From contig JBGSUI010000109.1 in NCBI GenBank assembly GCA_041736175.1, positions 1 to 55,260 on the forward strand: a stretch of DNA of 55,260 nucleotides, read 5' to 3'. The translations under genes were made by a program, and so were the position numbers. This DNA comes from Oligoflexales bacterium. Its GTDB lineage: Bacteria > Bdellovibrionota_B > Oligoflexia > Oligoflexales > CAIYRB01. Position 1 is the stretch's first letter. Each line of letters begins with the position of its first letter. This document shows, in pieces, positions 49,126-55,260 of the stretch. The notes beneath the pieces were generated by a model. It saw nothing but the letters and a program-made list of their open reading frames with translations. It did not search any database and had not been told where the DNA came from.

Positions 49126-51089
49126 TGCGGCAAATTTTCCGTCAAGAAAAACGTATTGTCGACTCCAGCTTTCTATGGGCCAACATTGTCGTCATCTTGG
49201 TCACGGGAATCCTGCTGGTCCGGACCTGGTATGTCCAGATTTACCGCGGAGACTACTACCTTAAAATATCCGAAAACAACCACCTCCAATATATTGAAAT
49301 CCCTGCACCCCGTGGCCTTATCTTTGATCGTAACGGCCAGGTGGTTCTTGGCAATCGCCCTTATTTTGACCTTATTTTCTTGCCTCAATTTGGCAAGGAT
49401 AGCTCCCAGACCTTTAAAATCTTGGGCAAGTTGCTCAATCTCTCGCCAGACATTTTTGAGAGACGCTATAAGATGTCCCTCACCCAACCCCGCTATATGC
49501 CCGTCGGACTAAAGCGCAACCTAACCCTTCACGAAGTGTCCGTCGTGCTCAGCAACAAAGTCTTTTTACCGGGAGTCAATATCGCCGTTGCTCCCAGGCG
49601 CGACTATAAACCAGAAACACCCTCCCACCTGGTGGGTTACCTGGGAGAAATCGGCCAAAAAGACATTAAAAAACTCAACAAGGAATCTCCCGATTGGCCC
49701 TACCGATCAGGAGACCTCATCGGCAAGCAGGGTCTCGAAAAACGCTGGGAAAAATACCTTCGCGGCAAAAGGGGGCACCGGCTTATCCACGTGGATGCTT
49801 TCGGTCGCGAAGCCCCACGTCCTGACCGCAACAGCGAAATGCCCCTCCCACAAACGTCCGCCGTCCCTGGCGCTGATCTCATACTGACCCTGGATAGCGA
49901 ACTCCAATCAGTGACTCGAAATGCCTTTAAAGGCAAAAACGGGGCCGTTGTGGTCCTCGATCCGCGCAATGGTGAAATCCTCGCCATGGTCAGCGAACCT
50001 GGTTACGACCCAAACCTCTACCAGGGCATCCTTTCTGCCGAAAAATACCGGTCTCTGCTCGCCAACCCCTTTAAGCCCTTCCTAGACAAGACCACGGGAG
50101 GTTCCTTTATCCCTGGCAGTGTTTATAAAGCTGTGGTTGCCATCGCTGGTCTCGAAGAAAGGGTTGTGGATCCCCAGACGACCTACTACTGCCCTGGCTC
50201 CTACACCCTTGGGGGACAAACATTCCATTGTTGGGAGCATGGAGGCCACGGGGTCGTCAATCTCAAGCGGGCTCTTATGAAATCCTGTGATGTTTACTTT
50301 TACAATCTTGGGGTCGAACTGGGTGTCGATCGAATCGCTAAATATGCCTATGAGATGGGCTTAGGCCAAAAAACCGGCCTCCTTCTTAACTTTGAAGTCA
50401 AAGGTCTTGTTCCCACCTCTGCGTGGAAAAAACTGAATTACCGGCTCCCTTGGAGTGCAGGAGAAACCCCTAGTATTTCCATAGGCCAAGGGGCAAATCA
50501 AATGACCCCCGTCCAGATGGCAAACCTTTACGCTACGATAGGTAACGAGGGTAAGATCTGGCGGCCCTTTCTGGTCAAACGGGTGATCAATCATTTTGGC
50601 GAAACCATCCAAGCCAAAGATCCCGAGCTGATCCGAACCATCGAAAAAATCAAAACGGAAACCTTTAGGGTTGTCAAAGAAGGTCTCGCAGCGGTGGTCA
50701 TGGACAAGGAAGGGACTGGTAAAAACGCCGCAGTGGAAGGTTATACCGTCGCTGGTAAAACCGGCTCTGTCCAAGTGGTGAGTCTCAGCAAAAACAACCG
50801 TAACACCGACGTCAGTATGATGTGGCGGGAGCATGCGATGTTTGCCGCGTTTTCGCCGGTGGAAAACCCGGAGATCGCCATCGCCGTCGTCAGCGAACAT
50901 GACAAGGTGGGAGGTGGAGGCCGCTCGGCAGCTCCGATCGCTGGGCAAATCATAAAGGCCTATTGGCAGCTAAAAGCAAAACGGCAGAATCTTGCACTGA
51001 CGCCACCCTCGCCTCCCCGTCCCGGAAATCCCGCTGCACCGGCTCCGACCCAACCCCCTGTTGAGAATCCTTCTGGTCCTAGCCACTGA
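49125..51089 (+). CDS. mrdA: Penicillin-binding protein 2
   Basis: APRGLIFDRNG, PGSVYK (SxxK), SCD (SxD typical of PBP2), KTG. Confidence 0.95.
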   Translation: MRQIFRQEKRIVDSSFLWANIVVILVTGILLVRTWYVQIYRGDYYLKISENNHLQYIEIPAPRGLIFDRNGQVVLGNRPYFDLIFLPQFGKDSSQTFKILGKLLNLSPDIFERRYKMSLTQPRYMPVGLKRNLTLHEVSVVLSNKVFLPGVNIAVAPRRDYKPETPSHLVGYLGEIGQKDIKKLNKESPDWPYRSGDLIGKQGLEKRWEKYLRGKRGHRLIHVDAFGREAPRPDRNSEMPLPQTSAVPGADLILTLDSELQSVTRNAFKGKNGAVVVLDPRNGEILAMVSEPGYDPNLYQGILSAEKYRSLLANPFKPFLDKTTGGSFIPGSVYKAVVAIAGLEERVVDPQTTYYCPGSYTLGGQTFHCWEHGGHGVVNLKRALMKSCDVYFYNLGVELGVDRIAKYAYEMGLGQKTGLLLNFEVKGLVPTSAWKKLNYRLPWSAGETPSISIGQGANQMTPVQMANLYATIGNEGKIWRPFLVKRVINHFGETIQAKDPELIRTIEKIKTETFRVVKEGLAAVVMDKEGTGKNAAVEGYTVAGKTGSVQVVSLSKNNRNTDVSMMWREHAMFAAFSPVENPEIAIAVVSEHDKVGGGGRSAAPIAGQIIKAYWQLKAKRQNLALTPPSPPRPGNPAAPAPTQPPVENPSGPSH

Positions 51090-51164
51090 ATCGAATGGGT
51101 CCTCTAAAGGGAAATCTACGAACGCCGATGAGGAGGGTAAGGTCGCACTGAAAGCGGCTATGAG

Positions 51165-52229
51165 GTGACAAAAGTGACCACAACTGTCGAAAAACAATGC
51201 AGTAAATGTAATCGGGAATACCGAGGTCCCCAGGATTTTTTAAAAGACACCGCCGGATGGAATATTTGCTCCAAGGGCAACCTCTGGTTTAACTGCTCCT
51301 GCGGTATGAGCTTGATGCTGTCAAAAGGACGATTTGATTGGTTTTCCCCAAGCATTTTTTTGAGTCCTACAGCCGCGTCGGTCTTACAAAAACTGACCAA
51401 AGGCACCGAGTTGCCCACCATCCCCACGGCCGTGATGGAACTACAAAAACAACTCAGAGACGAGACGAATCCTCCCGCTTCGATTGCCAGTGCCCTTAAA
51501 TCAAATCCGATTTTGGCTGGCCAAGTCCTAAAGATCGCCAATAACCTCAAAATCGGTAGCGGCCAAAAGATCAACTCCATCGAACATGCCATCGTCTTTG
51601 TGGGCCGCAAAACCGTCGCCGACCTGACCCAGGTGGCTTCCATGAAATCCTTTTCCTTAAAGACTAAAAAATTTCAAGCCGAGCAGTTCTGGAACGAAGC
51701 GATGATCACAGGGGTGATCACGGAACAGCTCGTGCGCCTTTTAAATCTCAGAATCCTCCCCGACGAAGCCTACCTCGCGGGGACGATGTGTAACATCGGC
51801 AAAATCGTAGGGGCGATCAGTGCTCCTGAGGTCACCGATAAAGTTTACGATCATGTGACCCAGTCTAAAACCCTCCCGTCCTGGAGCCAGGCCGAAAAGG
51901 AGATCGGAGCCGTCGATCACTGCGTGCTGGGGGAGATCGGAGCCGTGGTCTGGGGCATGCCCCCTTATGTCAAAGCCGCTGCCATGAAACACCATTCTCC
52001 CCTGGAAGGGGCTGTTTCTCGGACCTCCCTTGGAATCCCCGATCTGGTGGTCCTAGCCAACCAGCTCACCCATTGGGTCCTACTCAATCCCAATCGGATC
52101 GATAAGAGCTTACTCGATAAAACCGCAAAACAGATGCGGCTTACCGATGGAGACTTACAAAAGTTTGTCAACGATATGATCAAGCTTTCCAAGGCGCAGG
52201 CGACCGACTCCAAAATGACCGCTGCCTAA
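51165..52229 (+). CDS. HDOD domain protein with an N-terminal Cys-rich putative zinc ribbon
   Basis: ELPTIP, NPILAGQVLKIANN, SIEHAIVFVG, AYLAGTMCNIGK, DHCVLG, WGMP; N-terminal CSKC...C...CSC. Confidence 0.85.
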   Translation: MTKVTTTVEKQCSKCNREYRGPQDFLKDTAGWNICSKGNLWFNCSCGMSLMLSKGRFDWFSPSIFLSPTAASVLQKLTKGTELPTIPTAVMELQKQLRDETNPPASIASALKSNPILAGQVLKIANNLKIGSGQKINSIEHAIVFVGRKTVADLTQVASMKSFSLKTKKFQAEQFWNEAMITGVITEQLVRLLNLRILPDEAYLAGTMCNIGKIVGAISAPEVTDKVYDHVTQSKTLPSWSQAEKEIGAVDHCVLGEIGAVVWGMPPYVKAAAMKHHSPLEGAVSRTSLGIPDLVVLANQLTHWVLLNPNRIDKSLLDKTAKQMRLTDGDLQKFVNDMIKLSKAQATDSKMTAA

Positions 52230-52331
52230 GATCAACGACCTATGCAGTGGGACGGTGGGCTGGTGCTTGCAACCTCCCCACTTGCATGATAGTCACAAGA
52301 TGCTTTATCAATCCCAATGAGGAGGCATCCT

Positions 52332-53354
52332 ATGGTGACTATTAGAGAAAACCTCGAGCTTATCGCCCGCCAAAATCAATGGGCAGAGGCAAAAAAGCAC
52401 TGTTACTACGGCCTCACTGAAGACTTTAAAGGCTCCCTCGGGAGCCTAGGGATCTCTGTTTATACCGGCAAGGTCCGGGATGTCCTTATGCGCGAACATA
52501 GCGCCGCGCGGGCACCCACATTGCTTCTGGTCCATTCAGATCGGTTGACCGCTTTTGACCGCTTGATCACTTGGATTCCCTATAAAGGAGTGATCCTGGC
52601 AAACCTTTCGGCTTTTTGGCTCAAGGCAGCATCCCGTGTGGTGCCCACCCATTTTATAGAACAGATCGACGAACGAACCCTACTTTGTAAGGTGGCCCAA
52701 CCGATCAAAGTCGAAGTGGTGATCCGCGGGTACCTGGCAGGGAGTATGCTCCGCGGCTACCTGGGTGGGCAGAGGATTTTTGGTGGAGTGACCCTTCCCG
52801 ATGGACTCAGGCCCTACGAGCGGCTTCCCACACCGGTGATCACTCCGACCACTAAAGCCGCAGCCTATGAGCACGACCTAGAGATTACCCCTCGGGAAGT
52901 CCTCGAGCGTGGCCTTTGTCCAGCTAAGATCTGGGACCGTGTCACCGATGATTCCCATAAACTTTTTGCCTTTGGTACGGAACTCCTCGCCCAAAAGGGT
53001 TGGATCCTTGTCGATACCAAGTATGAATTCGGCCTGACCCCCGAGGGTGAGCTGCTGGTGATCGACGAGATCCATACGCCTGATTCAAGCCGGTTTTGGG
53101 TGTCGCAAACCTACCGGGCGCGAACTGCGGAAGGACTCCCTCCCGATATGCTCGACAAGGAGCGGATCCGCAGATGGCTCCTCGAACAAGGCTATAAAGG
53201 GGAAGGCACTGTGCCCGAGGTTCCCCTGGCTAATGGGCTGGATTTAGCCACCACCTACCTGGATGTGCTGGAGACTCTTTTGCCCCAGCCAGCCTTGACG
53301 ATGGGTGTCTACGGAGAGTCCACACTGCTCAAGTCACTACAAAAAATTGATTAA
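52332..53354 (+). CDS. purC: Phosphoribosylaminoimidazole-succinocarboxamide (SAICAR) synthase
   Basis: GKVRD, SDRLTAFD, TPTTKA, DTKYEFG, DEIHTPDSSRFW. Start at 52332 after GGAGG; the ORF extends to 52317. Confidence 0.95.
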   Translation: MVTIRENLELIARQNQWAEAKKHCYYGLTEDFKGSLGSLGISVYTGKVRDVLMREHSAARAPTLLLVHSDRLTAFDRLITWIPYKGVILANLSAFWLKAASRVVPTHFIEQIDERTLLCKVAQPIKVEVVIRGYLAGSMLRGYLGGQRIFGGVTLPDGLRPYERLPTPVITPTTKAAAYEHDLEITPREVLERGLCPAKIWDRVTDDSHKLFAFGTELLAQKGWILVDTKYEFGLTPEGELLVIDEIHTPDSSRFWVSQTYRARTAEGLPPDMLDKERIRRWLLEQGYKGEGTVPEVPLANGLDLATTYLDVLETLLPQPALTMGVYGESTLLKSLQKID

Positions 53355-53358
53355 TTGT

Positions 53359-53424
53359 ATTATCTCAATGCACTGAGTAAATTATCTCAAGGTACTGAGT
53401 CAATGATATCAATGGAGAAAAGAC
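53359..53424. repeat. 22-bp tandem repeat (two good copies and one degenerate) with internal palindrome; probable operator array
   Basis: ATTATCTCAATGCACTGAGTAA / ATTATCTCAAGGTACTGAGTCA / ATGATATCAATGG...; each full copy holds CTCA-N6-TGAG. Confidence 0.7.
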
Positions 53425-53468
53425 CAGTTTAAGAGCCTGAAATGAATAGAAAAACAAAGGACATTAAA

Positions 53469-54089
53469 ATGCGTCACACTTATTCTGCAACCCTGTTTCT
53501 AGTAGGTCTCTCTTTGACCGGCTGTGCCGAAGAGAGGTCCCAGTCTCATCTTTTAGACCAATCTTCGACCTCGATCACAGCGATCCCTGCCCCCGACGAG
53601 GAGGCTCGCTTGACCTCCCAGCTCACCCTATCCCATGGTAGCGCCCAGAACCAAAACGGTTGGACCGTTTTTTCCTGGACCAGTCCTAGCCAGGGAACTG
53701 CGACTTTAGAGCACTTCCTTTCTGGATTTAAATTCCGAACAGTCCGTCTCCATCTCCAGCCAGGAGATGGGGCGATTGTGATGACACCTGAGCAGAGATT
53801 CGTGACCTCTGGCCAAGTCAAAGGAGGATTCTTTTACACCTGTGGTCCCCAAGGGACACAGTGTTGGGAGGATGTACCCCAGGTGTCCGGCGATATCACC
53901 TATCCCTGTGGTCCCCAGGGAGCCACATGCACCATCAAAATCCCCCGACCATCATCACCACAGGTCGCTTATTTTGCGGACGATGATACCTATATCTGCG
54001 GCCCTCAAGGCGCAAGGTGTCCTAAACCAAAGCCGTCGACACCAAGTGATGAGCCCAAACCCTGTGGTCCCCAAGGTGCTAGGTGTTAG
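53469..54089 (+). CDS. Lipoprotein with four CGPQG(A/T)xC repeats
   Basis: Signal MRHTYSATLFLVGLSLTGC; repeats CGPQGTQC, CGPQGATC, CGPQGARC, CGPQGARC. Alternative start 53442. Confidence 0.75.
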   Translation: MRHTYSATLFLVGLSLTGCAEERSQSHLLDQSSTSITAIPAPDEEARLTSQLTLSHGSAQNQNGWTVFSWTSPSQGTATLEHFLSGFKFRTVRLHLQPGDGAIVMTPEQRFVTSGQVKGGFFYTCGPQGTQCWEDVPQVSGDITYPCGPQGATCTIKIPRPSSPQVAYFADDDTYICGPQGARCPKPKPSTPSDEPKPCGPQGARC

Positions 54090-54186
54090 GGTTGGGGTGG
54101 ACGTTTAGGCCCGATGCCAACATGCCCGCCGGTCGCTTTACCTTTAGGATAGGTGAATATAGACTCGGTATATAAGTGGAGGATGG

Positions 54187-54486
54187 ATGTTTATTGACGC
54201 GAGCCAAGCGATTCGGGAGAAGATCAGGGACACTCACGACGTCGATTGGACCGAAGTTGAGGAGGCCTTCTTTACATCTGCACCGCCCTATCCACTCGAT
54301 AAGCGTCCGCAACATAAGACAAAGCCACCGACTCAATACTTCATCGCCGAAACCTTCGATGAGCGGCTGCTCAAGGTGTGCTTCACGATCAAAGATGGCA
54401 CCATCTGGGTCAAATCAGCGTTTGATCCTGACGAAGCCGACATCATCAGATTCTTGAAAGATGGAGGGATTATCGGATGCCTGTGA
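54187..54486 (+). CDS. BrnT-like toxin
   Basis: IREKIRDTHDVDWTEVEEAF...YFIAETFDERLLKVCF...IWVKSAFDP; GGAGG RBS; overlaps an RHH gene. Confidence 0.72.
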   Translation: MFIDASQAIREKIRDTHDVDWTEVEEAFFTSAPPYPLDKRPQHKTKPPTQYFIAETFDERLLKVCFTIKDGTIWVKSAFDPDEADIIRFLKDGGIIGCL

Positions 54487-54740
54487 AAAAGAAGGAAGAC
54501 AAACAAGCTGCTGAAATTATCGCCGAGTGGAAGGCGTCAAGACCAGACCTTAAGGAAAAGGCAAAACGAATCCGAAAGGAGCGGAGCTATCAAAAAGGAA
54601 TTTACATCAAATTTCCCGAGGACCTTTTAGAGAAGATCCAAGAACTCGCTCAACAAAAACACATAGGCTACCAAACCTATTTAAAGCTTATAGTGGGTGA
54701 ACACATTGAGCGCCTGGAGAAGAAATCGCCAAGGAGATAG
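54477..54740 (+). CDS. BrnA/CopG-like antitoxin
   Basis: KGIYIKFPEDLLEKIQELAQQKHIGYQTYLKLIV C-terminal RHH. Confidence 0.8.
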   Translation: MPVKKKEDKQAAEIIAEWKASRPDLKEKAKRIRKERSYQKGIYIKFPEDLLEKIQELAQQKHIGYQTYLKLIVGEHIERLEKKSPRR

Positions 54741-54995
54741 TTGATCCTACGTGAGTTTTGAAGCCGATCGCATCAGAAGGGAGTCAATTAAGGCTGTCCA
54801 ACTGATCGCTCATGACGCGCCACATGGCAAGCCATCCACCCCCATTTAGAAGCTCCCTTGTGGTTCTGGTTATCAACCGGGAGTGAAGTACTCTGCCGCC
54901 ATCTGCCGCCCAAGTGTAGGCATGATGTTTGCATCCGAATTCAAGCAGCTTCCGCTTGGCTGTGGTTTAACTCAAGATCAAAAGCAAGCATCTGA

Positions 54996-55120
54996 TTAAT
55001 CGCCTGAAAGAGTGGTACAAAGAGGTAAATCAGCAAATTTGCTGCAAAGAGCGTCCTTGAGACTCGCTGATTCGGCCTTGAGACGCGCTGATTCGGCCTC
55101 GGCCTTGTCAGCACGCTCCC
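54996..55120 (-). pseudogene. C-terminal stub of a coiled-coil (tail-fibre/S74 chaperone-like) protein cut off by an IS
   Basis: RADKAEAESARLKAESASLKDALCSKFADLPLC, with an internal 21-bp repeat; the sequence upstream is IS. Family resemblance from memory. Confidence 0.5.
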
Positions 55121-55122
55121 TA

Positions 55123-55260
55123 AGGAGGTGTGTAAAAATTACTTGGACAGGTTCTACTTGATTGGGCTTATTATATAATTCCATTTTGGATACTTTGCAT
55201 GGAACTTGATCTTGATCTCGTCAAACTCGTCATCGCTGACTTTCAATCCTTTTTCGTAGA
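55123..55260 (-). mobile_element. ISAzo13-family element: 3' end of the transposase (stop at 55154) and probable right end; runs off the window
   Basis: Minus frame YEKGLKVSDDEFDEIKIKFHAKYPKWNYIISPIK* matches the Y.KG.KVSD.E.....I..H....WNY.I.P C-terminus; the end coordinate is approximate. Confidence 0.78.

Noticed and set aside
52242..52288. Sigma54-like TGGGCTGGTGCTTGCA upstream of purC
   Set aside because: Poor -24 match, and it lies within a hairpin (ATGCAGTGGGA...TCCCACTTGCAT) more easily read as a 3' stem of the HDOD transcript.

Overview
Bacterial chromosomal window with no rRNA, tRNA or CRISPR array detected. The gene content (DgcB-like FHA-GGDEF cyclase, many orphan lipoproteins, trypsin-like proteases, DUF1501/cytochrome c operon, tail-fibre-type C-terminus) suggests Bdellovibrionota, probably Oligoflexia; this is an inference. 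Housekeeping blocks are glk-ugd, msrAB, tldD/tldE-nadK-ppiD-terC, mreC-mreD-mrdA and purC. Between them lie accessory patches with six toxin-antitoxin loci (two decayed), three IS remnants and a set of secreted lipoprotein cassettes. The most striking pattern is that six of these cassettes each carry a near-consensus sigma54 promoter and share a short S-x-[L/I/V] motif after the lipobox Cys, while carrying different cargo: an R-S-E ADP-ribosyltransferase, active and dead trypsin folds, and two paralogues with an F-box-like helix. Two cassette loci keep visible integration scars: a perfect 65-bp duplication of the overlapping 3' ends of two convergent genes, and a synonymously diverged fragment of tldE between two 71-bp repeats. 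All functional calls come from reading motifs by eye; no searches were run.
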